From an uncultured Gammaproteobacteria bacterium (GTDB lineage: Bacteria; Pseudomonadota; Gammaproteobacteria; UBA9214): a DNA stretch of 64,000 nucleotides. The translations under genes were made by a program, and so were the position numbers. The stretch spans positions 32,001-96,000 of the forward strand of contig CAWHCQ010000004.1 of assembly GCA_963827755.1 (NCBI GenBank). Direction: 5' to 3'. A model generated the notes under the pieces. It had not been told where the DNA came from, ran no database searches, and worked only from the letters and a program-made list of their open reading frames with translations. Of the stretch, positions 42,101 through 53,561 are shown one piece after another (the first letter of the stretch is position 1; each line of letters starts with the position of its first letter).

Positions 42101-43069
42101 TTCTCGGAAACGCGCATCGACCTGCAGCGCGCCTGGTCCGCCACCAGCTACCAGATGCAGTCATTGCGCGATAATTCCGAGTGCGCCCGCGAGGAATACG
42201 ATGCCATACTGAATGCTGATGACAAGGGCATGCAATGCGTCGTTCCTTTCGATATCAATGAAGATATCGCCGCTCCGCTTATCAGCAAGGGTGTGCGTCC
42301 CCGTGTCGCGATTCTCCGCGAGCAGGGCGTCAATGGACAGGTCGAGATGGCCGCTGCATTTCACCGCGCCGGTTTCGAGCCGGTCGATGTACACATGAGT
42401 GATCTGCTGTCGGCGCGCGTCACGCTGGCAGAGTTCAAGGGGGTCGTGGCCTGCGGTGGTTTCTCTTACGGCGATGTGCTGGGTGCCGGACAGGGCTGGG
42501 CGAAATCGGTGTTGTTTCATGCCCGCCTGCGCGATATGTTCAGCGCCTTCTTTCAACGCGAGGACGGTTTTTCCCTGGGAATTTGCAACGGTTGCCAGAT
42601 GCTTTCCGGTCTCAGGGAACTGATTCCCGGTGCCGCTGCCTGGCCACGCTTTGTGCGCAATAAATCCGAGCAGTTCGAGGCGCGTTTCTCGCAGCTGGAA
42701 GTCCTCGACTCTCCCTCGCTGTTTTTTGCAGGCATGGCGGGTGCCGTGCTGCCGATAGCCGTGGCACACGGTGAAGGGCGGGCCAGCTTCAGTGATGCCG
42801 GCGGTGCGCAGGCCGCGCTCGACAGCGGCATCGTTTTGGCCCGTTTCATAAACAGCAATGGCCAGGTTGCGCAACGCTACCCGGCAAACCCGAATGGCTC
42901 ACCGCTGGGTATCACCGGGCTGACCACCGAGAGCGGCCGCGCCACCATCATGATGCCGCATCCCGAGCGCGTGTTTCGTGCACTGCAGAACTCCTGGCAC
43001 CCGGAAGAGTGGGGTGAAGACGGCCCCTGGATGCGCATGTTTCGCAATGCGCGGGTGTGGGTAGGCTGA
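39169..43069 (+). CDS. purL: phosphoribosylformylglycinamidine synthase (large type), one frameshift near 41050
   Basis: [25 protein letters not shown]. Second frame: [28 protein letters not shown]. Confidence 0.96.
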
Positions 43070-43105
43070 TAAGGATTTGTATCGCGGGGTTCGGGGTAGA
43101 GTTTT

Positions 43106-43248
43106 GATGGGTACGCTACGCTTTACCCATCCTACAAAGAGGTAGTATGCAGGATGGGTAAAGGAGCGAAGCGACGTACCCGTCATGGGGATGCAAAGAG
43201 GTAGTATGCAGGATGGGTAAAGGAGCGAAGCGACGTACCCGTCATGGG
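43106..43248. repeat. REP family B cluster with 59-bp-period tandem duplication
   Basis: GATGGGTACGCTACGCTTTACCCATCCTAC at 43106-43135, then two direct units starting 43135 and 43194 that contain GCAGGATGGGTAAAGGAGCGAAGCGACGTACCCGTC. Confidence 0.82.
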
Positions 43249-43269
43249 AATGACAGATGTGGACAGATC

Positions 43270-43971
43270 TCAGCCCTTTTTCCCTGAAAAATTTACCTGC
43301 AGAGTCCCGAATTCACGTGCATAGTATTCAAGCAGCGCCTGCAAAAAGACCACAATACCAAGCATTTCGCAGAGTTCCTCGAGGGTGTAAAGGACGCTGT
43401 AGGTAATGCTGGTGGTTCCGTGGATATCCGCTTCCCGTGCACTGAACACTTCCAGGCCAACCGCACCGGACAGAAAAATGCCGCCGGCTATGATGAAGCG
43501 GATCATGGTTGGCCGTGGCAGGGCAAGAAGGAAACGGAAATAAAACAGGGCCAGAAGAATCACCAGGCCGGTGTAGGGTATAACCCAGGGAAAATACAGG
43601 TAACCACTGGCCGTGATGTACTGCTCCATCATGTCGCCGACTTCCTCATGCAGGGCCATGCCTTCATCGAGGCCCAGGAACAGGAAGATCCATGCCAGGA
43701 TTTCCCATTGAAAGCCATAGGGTTGTCGCGTCTTTCTTTTACCGGTAGCTATCAGAAAAAGAACACTCGAGCAGAGGATGATGGCAAATACTGAATAGAG
43801 GGAGGGCAGGTTGCCCTCGTAGTCAAAGTCGAGTATTTCAATAAAATTAAACTTTTTCGGGTCAGCAATAACGAAATATGCGGTTAATTGTGCAATATGC
43901 AGCGCTGCAAGTACTGCAATAATCGTAAGTAATATGGCGCTAACTCGTTTTGGAGCTATTGAAATTTCCAT
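43270..43971 (-). CDS. multi-pass membrane protein, unknown function
   Basis: EGNLPSLYS, LDE...HE, F.WVIPY, EE..EMLG, several TMs. Confidence 0.8.
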   Translation of the reverse strand: MEISIAPKRVSAILLTIIAVLAALHIAQLTAYFVIADPKKFNFIEILDFDYEGNLPSLYSVFAIILCSSVLFLIATGKRKTRQPYGFQWEILAWIFLFLGLDEGMALHEEVGDMMEQYITASGYLYFPWVIPYTGLVILLALFYFRFLLALPRPTMIRFIIAGGIFLSGAVGLEVFSAREADIHGTTSITYSVLYTLEELCEMLGIVVFLQALLEYYAREFGTLQVNFSGKKG

Positions 43972-43996
43972 AGGTGCTCTTTTTTATCGTGGTGGT

Positions 43997-45205
43997 TTAT
44001 TGTTTTGTAACCCACGTTTCACCGAGACCAAGCTTTTCCTTGATTACTGCACTTTGTGTTAGCGCAGCTTGCCTGCTTTCAAACCCGGTCACCCGGAGCC
44101 GGTAGTAGGTTTTGCCGTTGACGGTCGCAACAACCTGGTCGGTTGCAACGCCCCTGGCCAGAAACCGGCCTCTCACTTTTTCGGCAGCAGACTGTTTCGT
44201 GTACGAGGCAAGGTTGATCGACCAGTCGCCACCTTTGCCGGTTTGTGCATTCTGGCCGGCTGCCTGCAGTGGCTTCCCGGACTCGGCCGGGACAGTCAGC
44301 TGCGACAGGAGAACTGGCCTGGACGGCTCATTATTCGCAGCAGTTGCCGGCGTCGGCTCCGGCTTCATGTCTGTGGCCTGGGCGAATGCGCACCGGGCGT
44401 TGCAGCGGTGGTCATAATGGCGCGCCGTCTGCGGTTCCTGCCATTGGTTGCTTCCATGGCCGGGTTCTGCCATCCCTGCTGTTTTCAGGACGGTCGAAGC
44501 GGCAGGCATGTGGTCCGCCGTTGCAGCCGGCAGTTGTTCCGGCGTGGCGGGCAGATCGTCGCCATCGTCACTCGACACGGGCAGGGGGGTGTCGCTGTCC
44601 ATGCGGGTTGTCTGTTCAGCAGTCGGGGCAGCCGGCAGGGCACCCGCGGCTGTAGCCGGCAGTTCTTCCAGCATCGCAATCAGGGTATAGCCCTCAACGG
44701 GCGCCTCCTGGAGAGGGCTGTCGCTGTCCGGGCTTGTTGGCAGCGCCCTGGAAGGCGCGGCAGCCATGTCGATCTTCGTGGTGCTGGCGGTGCCCTGGCT
44801 GGCAGTTGTTGCCGGTAAGGATGCATCGTTGAGCGCGACGGATGTTTCCCCGCTTTCCGCCGCGCGGCTGTCTGCTGATTCAGGGGCGGCGGGTGACAGC
44901 TGCGTGCTGTTGTCGGCAAGCTGCAGCGAGGAATTCCGGCTCATGTACACCCCGGCAATACCGATGGCCAGCGTGGCAACGGCCAGTGCCGTCATGGCCG
45001 TGAGTACCCGGTCGCCAAAACTGCCTCCCGGGCGCGCCCGTTCGCTAACTTGTTCAGCCGTGCCCTGCCAGACCCGGCTGCCGACCCGGTCTTCAAAATC
45101 ATCCCAGGTCTCCCACGGTGTCAGGCCGGCCGCAAAACCGGCGGCACCCTCATCGTGCATCTTTTTCGCGAAGGCCTCGAGTTCTTCCCTGTTTTTCTTT
45201 TCCAT
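43997..45205 (-). CDS. SPOR-domain cell-envelope protein
   Basis: TM, Ala/Pro/Thr-rich linker, C-terminal WSINLASY...YYRLRVTGF. ATG at 45205. Confidence 0.82.
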   Translation of the reverse strand: MEKKNREELEAFAKKMHDEGAAGFAAGLTPWETWDDFEDRVGSRVWQGTAEQVSERARPGGSFGDRVLTAMTALAVATLAIGIAGVYMSRNSSLQLADNSTQLSPAAPESADSRAAESGETSVALNDASLPATTASQGTASTTKIDMAAAPSRALPTSPDSDSPLQEAPVEGYTLIAMLEELPATAAGALPAAPTAEQTTRMDSDTPLPVSSDDGDDLPATPEQLPAATADHMPAASTVLKTAGMAEPGHGSNQWQEPQTARHYDHRCNARCAFAQATDMKPEPTPATAANNEPSRPVLLSQLTVPAESGKPLQAAGQNAQTGKGGDWSINLASYTKQSAAEKVRGRFLARGVATDQVVATVNGKTYYRLRVTGFESRQAALTQSAVIKEKLGLGETWVTKQ

Positions 45206-45209
45206 GTGG

Positions 45210-46889
45210 TTATTTTTCCAGTCGTTTGTATTTGATGCGGTGCGGTTGCTCGGCGGCCGTTCCGAGGCGGCGTTTGCGGTCGGCCTCGTAGTCGGCATAG
45301 TTGCCCTCAAACCAGACCACCTGGCTGTCCCCCTCGAAGGCAAGTATATGCGTAGCTATCCGGTCAAGGAACCAGCGATCATGGGAAATCACCACGGCAC
45401 AGCCGGGGAAATCCAGCAGCGCCTCTTCCAGTGCGCGCAGCGTCTCCACGTCCAGATCGTTGGTCGGTTCGTCCAGCAGCAGGACATTACCGCCACTTTT
45501 CAGCAGCTTGGCGAGATGTACGCGGTTGCGTTCACCCCCGGACAGCGTGCCAACGTGCTTTTGCTGGTCGGTACCGTTGAAATTGAACCGGGAAACATAG
45601 GTGCGTGAATTCAGTTCATGCTTGCCGACGGTTATGATGTCCTGGCCGTCCGAGATTTCTTCCCAGACCGTCTTGCTGTCGTCGAGGCTGTCACGGCTCT
45701 GGTCCACTGAGGCGATCACCACCGTATCGCCAATGCGCAGTTCCCCGGAATCCGGCTGTTCCTTCCCGGTCAATATGCGGAACAGGGTGGTTTTTCCGGC
45801 GCCATTCGGGCCGATGACGCCAACAATGCCGCCGCGGGGTAAATTGAAGCTGAGGTCTTCAAACAGCAGGGTGTCGCCGAACCGTTTGCTGATGTTGGTG
45901 GCTTCAATAACCAGTTCACCCAGCCGGGGGCCCGGCGGTATAAACAGCTGTTTGGTCTCGTTGCGCTGTTGCGATTCCTTCGAAGAGAGTTCTTCAAAGC
46001 GTGCAAGCCGGGCCTTGCTCTTGGCATGGCGCCCCTTGGCCCCGGAACGGACCCACTCCAGTTCTGCCTTGATGGCCTTCCTTCTCGAGCTTTCCTGCTT
46101 TTCCTCGGTCTCGAGACGCTGGTTTTTCTGTTCCAGCCAGGAGGAATAATTTCCTTCCCAGGGAATGCCGTGGCCGCGATCAAGCTCGAGTATCCAGCCG
46201 GCCGCGTTGTCGAGAAAGTAGCGGTCGTGGGTAACCGCTACCACGGTACCGGGGTATTCAACCAGGAAGCGTTCAAGCCAGGCAACACTTTCCGCGTCGA
46301 GATGATTGGTCGGTTCGTCGAGGAGCAGCATATCCGGGTTGGACAGCAACAGTTTGCACAGGGCAACCCGCCTGCGTTCACCCCCCGAGAGTTTCGTAAC
46401 GTCCGCATCCCAGGGTGGCAGGCGCAAGGCGTCGGCTGCGATTTCCAGCTTGCGGTCCAGTTCCCAGCCACCGGCGGCGTCGATGGCATCCTGCAATTTG
46501 CCCTGCTCTTCCAGCAGGGCGGTCATCTCGTCGTCTTCCATGGGTTCGGCAAACTTCATGCTGATTTCGTTGAAGCGATCGAGCAGGGTTTTTACCTCAC
46601 CAAGCCCGTCTTCAACATTGCCGCGTACATCCTTGCCGGGATCCAGCGCCGGTTCCTGGGGAAGGAAACCCACCTTGATGCCGGCCTGCGGCCTTGCTTC
46701 ACCCTCGTATTCGGTGTCTTCGCCGGCCATGATGCGCAGCAGGCTGGATTTGCCCGAACCGTTCAGGCCCAGTACGCCGATCTTGGCACCCGGAAAAAAA
46801 GACAGCGAGATGTCTTCCAGGATTTTGCGCTTGGGTGGAACGACCTTGCCCACCTGGTTCATGGTGTAGACGTACTGCGCCATCGACAT
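45210..46889 (-). CDS. ettA: energy-dependent translational throttle EttA
   Basis: [26 protein letters not shown], two ABC cassettes, PHRIKY. Confidence 0.97.
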   Translation of the reverse strand: MSMAQYVYTMNQVGKVVPPKRKILEDISLSFFPGAKIGVLGLNGSGKSSLLRIMAGEDTEYEGEARPQAGIKVGFLPQEPALDPGKDVRGNVEDGLGEVKTLLDRFNEISMKFAEPMEDDEMTALLEEQGKLQDAIDAAGGWELDRKLEIAADALRLPPWDADVTKLSGGERRRVALCKLLLSNPDMLLLDEPTNHLDAESVAWLERFLVEYPGTVVAVTHDRYFLDNAAGWILELDRGHGIPWEGNYSSWLEQKNQRLETEEKQESSRRKAIKAELEWVRSGAKGRHAKSKARLARFEELSSKESQQRNETKQLFIPPGPRLGELVIEATNISKRFGDTLLFEDLSFNLPRGGIVGVIGPNGAGKTTLFRILTGKEQPDSGELRIGDTVVIASVDQSRDSLDDSKTVWEEISDGQDIITVGKHELNSRTYVSRFNFNGTDQQKHVGTLSGGERNRVHLAKLLKSGGNVLLLDEPTNDLDVETLRALEEALLDFPGCAVVISHDRWFLDRIATHILAFEGDSQVVWFEGNYADYEADRKRRLGTAAEQPHRIKYKRLEK

Positions 46890-47009
46890 GTTTCCTTCAG
46901 GGCCGGAGACAGATGCGGCTTATTATAGACAGCGTGGTGCTGGTGGCAAACTGCTTTGTAGTGTACAGGCACTCATTGTATTGTTGTTGTCGAAGATGAG
47001 GCTGAAGGC

Positions 47010-47963
47010 ATGAGGATAAAAAATTCTGCCTGCGTGTATGTCGGGGACGATCTGGCCCGTTACGGTTTTGGCCAGGGGCATCCCTTTGGTCCGGACCGCC
47101 TCGATGCCTTCTGGAAACATGCGCAGGCCATCGGGCTCGACAAGCGGGTCACGCTGTGCACACCGGTGACGACGCAGCGCGAGACGATCGAGCGTTTTCA
47201 TACGCATGAATATGTTGACCGGGTTATCCGCCAGTCTTCAAGCGGGGAGGGCTTTCTGGACTGCGGGGATACGCCGGCCTGTCCGGGTATTTACGAGGCG
47301 GCCTGTTTTGTCGTCGGCAGCGTACTGGATGCCATCGAGCGCCTGGTCACGGGTGAGTTCCGCCATGCCTTTGTTCCCATCGCCGGTCTGCATCACGCCC
47401 GGCGTGACAGTGCAGCCGGGTTTTGCGTGTTTAATGATTGCGGGGTTGCGATTGAAACCCTGCGTTCGGTGCATGACCTGCAGCGAATTGCCTATGTCGA
47501 TATCGATGCGCACCATGGTGATGGGGTGTTCTACAGTTTCGAGGATGACCCGCAACTGATTTTTGCAGACCTGCATGAGGATGGGCGGTTTCTTTATCCC
47601 GGTACCGGCAGGGAGAATGAGTGTGGCAAGGGTACGGCTGCAGGTACCAAGCTCAACATTCCCATGCCGCCCGATGCGGATGATGAACTATTTTTTCAGG
47701 CCTGGGAAAAGGCGGAGGCGTTTGTCGACCGGCAGCGGCCCGAGTTCATCCTGTTCCAGTGCGGGGCGGACAGCATCGCCGGTGACCCGATTACGCACCT
47801 GCGCTATTCCCCGGCTGCCCACCGGCATGCAGCGCAACGTCTGTGCCGGCTTGCAGACAGGCACTGTGACGGCCGCGTGCTGGCGATGGGCGGGGGTGGC
47901 TATAACCGCGCTAACCTGGCAATGGCCTGGACGGCCGTACTTGAGGTCCTCGTTGAGGCCTGA
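47010..47963 (+). CDS. histone deacetylase-family (AcuC-like) protein
   Basis: HPF..R, GLHHA..GFC, DIDAHHGDG, GGGGY. Confidence 0.92.
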   Translation: MRIKNSACVYVGDDLARYGFGQGHPFGPDRLDAFWKHAQAIGLDKRVTLCTPVTTQRETIERFHTHEYVDRVIRQSSSGEGFLDCGDTPACPGIYEAACFVVGSVLDAIERLVTGEFRHAFVPIAGLHHARRDSAAGFCVFNDCGVAIETLRSVHDLQRIAYVDIDAHHGDGVFYSFEDDPQLIFADLHEDGRFLYPGTGRENECGKGTAAGTKLNIPMPPDADDELFFQAWEKAEAFVDRQRPEFILFQCGADSIAGDPITHLRYSPAAHRHAAQRLCRLADRHCDGRVLAMGGGGYNRANLAMAWTAVLEVLVEA

Positions 47964-48086
47964 GAGGTCGGCCGGGTGTATAAATGTGCCTTGATTGGTT
48001 CGCAAGCCCCTGTCGAATAGTCTATTATCTTGGGCTTCCGGAGATGCCGGATAACCCTACCCACATGAAGGAAGTTACCTAATTAT

Positions 48087-49346
48087 ATGTTTGCTAAAGA
48101 TATGCAGATCGCAGGTTATGACGATGAGCTCTGGCAGGCCTTCCAGGGCGAGCGTCAACGCCAGGAAGATCACATTGAACTGATCGCCTCTGAAAACTAT
48201 GCCAGTCCGCGGGTGCTGCAGGCGCAGGGGTCGGTGCTGACGAATAAATATGCCGAGGGTTATCCGGGCAAGCGCTATTACGGCGGTTGCGAATATGTGG
48301 ATGTTGCCGAGCAGCTTGCCATTGATCGTGCCAGGGCGCTGTTCAAGGCGGACTATGCCAATGTGCAGCCACATTCCGGTTCGCAGGCCAACCAGGCCGT
48401 CTATTTTGCCCTGTTGCAGCCGGGCGACACCATTCTCGGTATGAGCCTGGATGCAGGCGGGCACCTGACGCATGGATCGAAGGTCAACTTCTCGGGCAAG
48501 CTGTTCAATGCCGTGCAGTATGGCCTGAACAACGAGACCGGTGAAATCGACTACGACGAGGTCGCCGCACTGGCGAAAGAACACCGGCCGAAAATGGTGA
48601 TTGCCGGATTTTCCGCCTACTCGTTGCAGGTTGACTGGCAGCGCTTTCGCGAGATTGCCGACAGTGTCGGGGCGTACCTGCTGGTGGACATGGCACATGT
48701 GGCGGGCCTGATTGCCGCGGAAATCTATCCAAGCCCGGTCAATATCGCGGACGTGACCACGACGACGACGCATAAAACCCTGCGCGGTCCGCGCGGTGGC
48801 CTGATCCTGGCGCGGTCCAATGAAGCGATTGAGAAAAAACTCAACTCGATGATTTTTCCCGGCATCCAGGGCGGCCCGTTGATGCACGTGATTGCGGCCA
48901 AGGCCGTGGCGCTGAAGGAGGCGATGGAGCCGGCCTTTCGGGAATACCAGCAGCAGGTTCTGCAAAATGCCCGTGCCATGGCCGAGGTCATGATGTCTCG
49001 CGGTTACAAGGTGATCTCCGGGAGAACGGATGATCACCTGTTCCTGGTCGACCTGATCGACAAGGGCTTGACCGGGAAACAGGCCGATGCCGCCCTCGGT
49101 GCCGCGCACATCACGGTGAACAAGAATGCCGTGCCGAATGATCCGCAGTCGCCTTTCGTCACCAGCGGTATCCGCGTCGGCACGCCTGCGATTACCACGC
49201 GCGGTTTTAACGAGAGCGACGCGCGCGAACTGGCCGGCTGGATGTGCGACGTTATGGATGACATCGAGAACCAGGATGTCATAGCGGCTGTGCGCGGCAA
49301 GGTGATCGAGGTGTGCAAGCGCCTCCCCGTGTACGGCAAGGCCTGA
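48087..49346 (+). CDS. glyA: serine hydroxymethyltransferase
   Basis: [27 protein letters not shown]. Confidence 0.98.
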   Translation: MFAKDMQIAGYDDELWQAFQGERQRQEDHIELIASENYASPRVLQAQGSVLTNKYAEGYPGKRYYGGCEYVDVAEQLAIDRARALFKADYANVQPHSGSQANQAVYFALLQPGDTILGMSLDAGGHLTHGSKVNFSGKLFNAVQYGLNNETGEIDYDEVAALAKEHRPKMVIAGFSAYSLQVDWQRFREIADSVGAYLLVDMAHVAGLIAAEIYPSPVNIADVTTTTTHKTLRGPRGGLILARSNEAIEKKLNSMIFPGIQGGPLMHVIAAKAVALKEAMEPAFREYQQQVLQNARAMAEVMMSRGYKVISGRTDDHLFLVDLIDKGLTGKQADAALGAAHITVNKNAVPNDPQSPFVTSGIRVGTPAITTRGFNESDARELAGWMCDVMDDIENQDVIAAVRGKVIEVCKRLPVYGKA

Positions 49347-49360
49347 CAGGGTATTCGACG

Positions 49361-49876
49361 ATGCATTGTCCTTTTTGCGGTAAGCAGGATACCAAGGTTA
49401 TCGACTCGCGACTTGCCAGCGAGGGTGCGCAGGTGAGGCGTCGACGTGAATGTCTTGACTGCAATGAGCGCTTTACGACCTTTGAATCAGCCGAGCTGGT
49501 GTTGCCGCGTATTATCAAAGGCAATAACGCGCGCGAGGCCTTTGATGAAAAGAAGCTGACAGCCGGGATGATGCGTGCGCTGGAAAAGCGCCCGGTCAAG
49601 TCGGAGAATGTGGATGCCGCGATCAATCGCCTGCAGCATCGCCTGCGTGCCAGTGGTGAGCGCGAGATCCCGGCACGCCTGCTGGGTGAGTGGGTGATGA
49701 ATGAATTGCGCGAGCTGGACAAGGTCGCTTATGTAAGGTTTGCATCGGTGTACCGCAGTTTCGAGGATGTCAATGCCTTCCGCGAGGAAATAGAACGACT
49801 CGAAAGCCAGCCCACGCAGGAAGACAGGAAGGACCAGATTTCGTTGCTGCCGGATGAACAGGATACGCGTAACTAG
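49361..49876 (+). CDS. nrdR: transcriptional repressor NrdR
   Basis: MHCPFC..VIDSR..RRRRECxxC, ATP cone, AYVRFASVY. Confidence 0.97.
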   Translation: MHCPFCGKQDTKVIDSRLASEGAQVRRRRECLDCNERFTTFESAELVLPRIIKGNNAREAFDEKKLTAGMMRALEKRPVKSENVDAAINRLQHRLRASGEREIPARLLGEWVMNELRELDKVAYVRFASVYRSFEDVNAFREEIERLESQPTQEDRKDQISLLPDEQDTRN

Positions 49877-49944
49877 TTTTTCTCAATCACGCCTGCCCGC
49901 AGTCAGGGCGGCTTTCCTGGACTCATCGCTCGAGGTTCCTGTCC

Positions 49945-51053
49945 GTGTTTTCTGCAGATGATCACCATTACATGGCGCGCGCCCTGCGCCTGGCTGAGCG
50001 CGGGCTGTTTACGACAGATCCCGAACCCGCGCGTTGGCTGTGTGCTGGTGCGTGCCGGTGAGGTGGTCGGCGAAGGCTGGCATGAGCGCGCCGGTGAGGC
50101 ACATGCCGAGATCAATGCCTTGCAGGCGGCCGGTGACAGGGCTGCCGGGGCTACCGCCTATGTCACCCTGGAGCCCTGCTGCCACCATGGGCGCACACCG
50201 CCCTGTACGGACGCCCTGATCGGGGCGGGCGTGGCGCGTGTCGTGGTGGCGATGGAAGACCCGAATCCGCGAGTGGCCGGCATGGGCTTGCAGGCATTGC
50301 AGCAGGCCGGCATCGAGACGGCGACCGGTGTGCTGGCGGCGGAGGCCGCCAGGCTGAACCCCGGTTTTGTGATGCGCATGCAGCAGGGGCGGCCCTGGGT
50401 GCGCTGCAAGCTGGCGATGAGCCTCGATGGCCGTACCGCCATGGCAAATGGCGAGAGCAAATGGATCAGCGGTGAACAGGCGCGCCTGGATGTACATAAA
50501 TTACGGGCGCGCAGTACGGCGATCATGACAGGTATTGATACCGTGCTGGCTGATGATCCGTCACTCACCGTGCGCCTGGATGAAGCAGCGGCTGTATACA
50601 GGAACCCGCTGCGGGTTGTGCTGGATTCCAGATTGCGTATGCCGGCGGCTGCGAAACTGCTCGGATTGCCGGGCGAGACGCTGATCATTACCGGTGTTGC
50701 AGACGCGCAGAAAAAGTCCCGGCTGGAACGGGACGGCGTTTCCGTGCAAGACACTGCCGCTGGAGCAGGGGCGCCTGCAGCTGGCTGCTGTGCTGCACTA
50801 TCTCGGCGGGATGCAGATTAACGAAGTGCACCTGGAAGCCGGGGCGACCCTGTGCGGCGCGTTACTGCAGGCGGGGCTGGTCGATGAACTGGTTGTCTAC
50901 ATGGCGCCGCAGTTGATGGGCGATGCCGCCCGCGGCCTGTTTGTGCTGCCGGGACTGGAGCATATGCAGCAGCGCATCCGGCTGTCGATCAGCGATATCC
51001 GCGCGATTGGTGATGACTGGCGGATCAGTGCAACGGTTGCGGCGAATGCCTGA
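49945..51053 (+). CDS. ribD: RibD deaminase/reductase, frameshifts near 50020 and 50748
   Basis: YMARALRLA, then PNPRVGCV, HAE, LEPCCH, SLDGRTA, then VHLEAGATL. Confidence 0.93.
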
Positions 51054-51146
51054 TCCGGCATACAGCGCAGATGACGAATCACTCGTCAGAATACAAGAGA
51101 ATTCCTTCTCCCTCCGGGAGAAAGGGTTAACCGGGTAGTAATGAAG

Positions 51147-51818
51147 ATGTTCACAGGAATCATACAGGCTGTCGGCAGTATCACCGTTCTGGAAAACCGG
51201 GGCGGTGATATGCGTATTGGTATCCATACCGGCAGTTTGCCGATGGATGATGTGTGCATCGGCGACAGCATTGCCGTGAGTGGTGTCTGCCTGACGGTAG
51301 TGGAAAAGGGCGCCAACGGTTTTGCTGCGGACGTTTCGGGTGAAACGCTGCAGCGCACCATGCTCGGCAGCCTCGCTGTGCAGGATGCCGTGAACCTGGA
51401 AAAGGCACTGACGCTGCAGACGCGTCTCGGTGGTCACCTGGTGAGTGGTCATGTGGACGGGATCGGGGTGGTCACTGCCCGGCGCGAAGACAGCCGTTCG
51501 GTGCAGTTCACCATCAAGGCACCCGATGAGCTGGCGCGTTATATCGCCACCAAGGGGTCGATCTGCGTCGACGGGGTCAGCCTGACAGTGAATGCCGTGG
51601 ATGGCGGCAAATTTGAACTGAATATCGTGCCGCATACACTGGATGCCACCACGATGAAGGCCTACCGTTCCGGCCGCAAGGTCAACCTCGAAGTCGACCT
51701 GGTCGCGCGTTATCTGGAGCGCCTGCTGCTTGGTGATGCGGCGGCACAACCCGGCCCGGGAGAGGCAATAACCCGCGAACGGCTGGAATCATACGGATTT
51801 CCTGCCAGGCGCAAGTAA
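51147..51818 (+). CDS. ribE: riboflavin synthase (alpha chain; RibC/RibE depending on nomenclature)
   Basis: MFTGII, GDSIAV.GVCLT, GGHLVSGHVD. Confidence 0.96.
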   Translation: MFTGIIQAVGSITVLENRGGDMRIGIHTGSLPMDDVCIGDSIAVSGVCLTVVEKGANGFAADVSGETLQRTMLGSLAVQDAVNLEKALTLQTRLGGHLVSGHVDGIGVVTARREDSRSVQFTIKAPDELARYIATKGSICVDGVSLTVNAVDGGKFELNIVPHTLDATTMKAYRSGRKVNLEVDLVARYLERLLLGDAAAQPGPGEAITRERLESYGFPARRK

Positions 51819-51911
51819 TACGTGCCGGATGAACTTCTTTCCGTGAAGCCGCTTGCGCAATCGTGGATAATGCGGGAACGAAAACAAACCCTGCAGGAAT
51901 AGTTGCTTGTT

Positions 51912-53021
51912 ATGGTGTTGAATACGATTGAAGAAATCATCGAGGATATCCGTGCGGGCCGCATGGTTATTCTCATGGATGATGAAGACCGCGAGAACGA
52001 GGGCGACCTGGTGATGGCGGCCGGGCACGTGCGTCCTGAAGATATCAATTTTATGGCAAGCCATGGTCGCGGCCTGATCTGCATGACCCTGACACGCGAG
52101 CGCTGCGAGCAACTGGCGCTGCCGTTAATGGTGCAATCCGGCGACTCCCTGCATTCAACCAATTTCACCGTGTCGATCGAGGCCGCAGAGGGGGTGACAA
52201 CCGGGATCTCGGCGCAGGACCGGGCGCAGACAATTCTGGCTGCGGCGGCAAAGAATGCGCGGCCGCAGGATATTGTCCAGCCCGGCCATATATTCCCCCT
52301 GATGGCGAAACCCGGCGGCGTGCTCACCCGGGCCGGGCATACCGAGGCAGGTTGTGACCTGGCACGCCTTGCCGGGCTCGAGCCGGCTGCCGTCATTGTC
52401 GAGATCCTGAAGGAGGATGGCAGTATGGCGCGGCGCCCGGATCTCGAGATCTACGCGCGTGAGCATGGCCTGAAAATCGGCACCATCGAGGACCTGATAC
52501 GCTACCGTATCGAGAACGAGAAGACGGTGGAACGCGTCGCCGAGAATGACGTGGCCACGGAGCATGGGACGTTCAGGGTCTATGCCTACCGCGATGCCTT
52601 TGGTGACGCGGTGCACCTGGCCATGGTCATGGGCGAGATCAGTCCGAATGAGCCGACACTGGTGCGTGTCCATATGCAGGATATGCTCAGCGACCTGGTG
52701 GATGCCAGGACCGAGGGCCATCACTTGCCGTTACGCAGGGCGCTGCAAAAGGTTGCGCAGGAAGGCAAGGGCGTCGTGGTGATCCTGCGCCAGCAGGAAT
52801 CGGCCAATACGCTGGTCAACCTGGTGAGGACGTATCATATGCCGGAGGTAACGCAAGCGCCGGCAGAGGCCGGGGTGGACGAGTTGCGTACCTACGGCAT
52901 CGGTGCGCAGATTATTGCAGATGTCGGCGTGCAAAAGATGCGCGTGATGAGCGCGCCCAAGATTGTTCATGGCATCGCCGGGTTTGGCCTGGAAGTCGTC
53001 GGCTATGAAGCGTGCGACTGA
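51912..53021 (+). CDS. ribB: bifunctional DHBP synthase / GTP cyclohydrolase II-like (RibBA; C-domain looks degenerate)
   Basis: DDEDRENEGD, TTGISA.DR, RAGHTEA. C-domain has LVRVH but lacks the following Zn-binding cysteines. Confidence 0.92.
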   Translation: MVLNTIEEIIEDIRAGRMVILMDDEDRENEGDLVMAAGHVRPEDINFMASHGRGLICMTLTRERCEQLALPLMVQSGDSLHSTNFTVSIEAAEGVTTGISAQDRAQTILAAAAKNARPQDIVQPGHIFPLMAKPGGVLTRAGHTEAGCDLARLAGLEPAAVIVEILKEDGSMARRPDLEIYAREHGLKIGTIEDLIRYRIENEKTVERVAENDVATEHGTFRVYAYRDAFGDAVHLAMVMGEISPNEPTLVRVHMQDMLSDLVDARTEGHHLPLRRALQKVAQEGKGVVVILRQQESANTLVNLVRTYHMPEVTQAPAEAGVDELRTYGIGAQIIADVGVQKMRVMSAPKIVHGIAGFGLEVVGYEACD

Positions 53022-53065
53022 TTCGGCCGGCAAAGATTATTTAAAAAATATTTCGGGAAATAATT

Positions 53066-53542
53066 ATGAGTGACATTACGGTAAATGAAGGTGACCTGGT
53101 TGTACGCAGCGCCAGGATAGCGTTGCTGGTTTCACGGTTTAACAGTTTTGTGGTGGAGAGTCTGCTCGAAGGAGCCATCGATGCCCTGAAGCGGCACGGT
53201 GCAGACGAGCGCGACTTGCAGATTGTCCGTGTTCCGGGTGCCTACGAGATGCCGATTGCCGCTCAGCGGCTGGCGGCCGGCAAGCGCTTCGATGCCATTA
53301 TTGCACTGGGTGCTGTCATTCGAGGCGGTACACCGCACTTTGAATACGTCGCCGGTGAATGCACCAAGGGACTTTCATCGGTTTCACTGAAGTACGACAT
53401 CCCCATCGCCTTCGGCGTGTTGACCGTCGACACCATCGAGCAGGCGATCGAACGGGCCGGCACCAAGGCCGGAAACAAGGGTGCCGAGGCCGCCATGTCG
53501 GCCATTGAAATGATCAACCTGCTGCGTGGCCTGGAAGGCTGA
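53066..53542 (+). CDS. ribH: 6,7-dimethyl-8-ribityllumazine synthase
   Basis: [22 protein letters not shown]. Confidence 0.97.
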   Translation: MSDITVNEGDLVVRSARIALLVSRFNSFVVESLLEGAIDALKRHGADERDLQIVRVPGAYEMPIAAQRLAAGKRFDAIIALGAVIRGGTPHFEYVAGECTKGLSSVSLKYDIPIAFGVLTVDTIEQAIERAGTKAGNKGAEAAMSAIEMINLLRGLEG

Positions 53543-53561
53543 TCAGCATGTCTTTCATGTC

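Noticed and set aside
43135-43248. Direct repeats as a possible CRISPR array
   Set aside because: Only two near-identical units, no unique spacers, no cas genes. They contain REP palindromes.
47964-48086. ZMP/ZTP riboswitch upstream of glyA
   Set aside because: Conserved aptamer motifs not recognisable by eye. An Rfam scan would settle it.
49877-51146. FMN riboswitch at the rib operon
   Set aside because: Spacers are short with no RFN consensus. Only a small CCTTCTCCC/GGGAGAAGG hairpin near 51104-51125.
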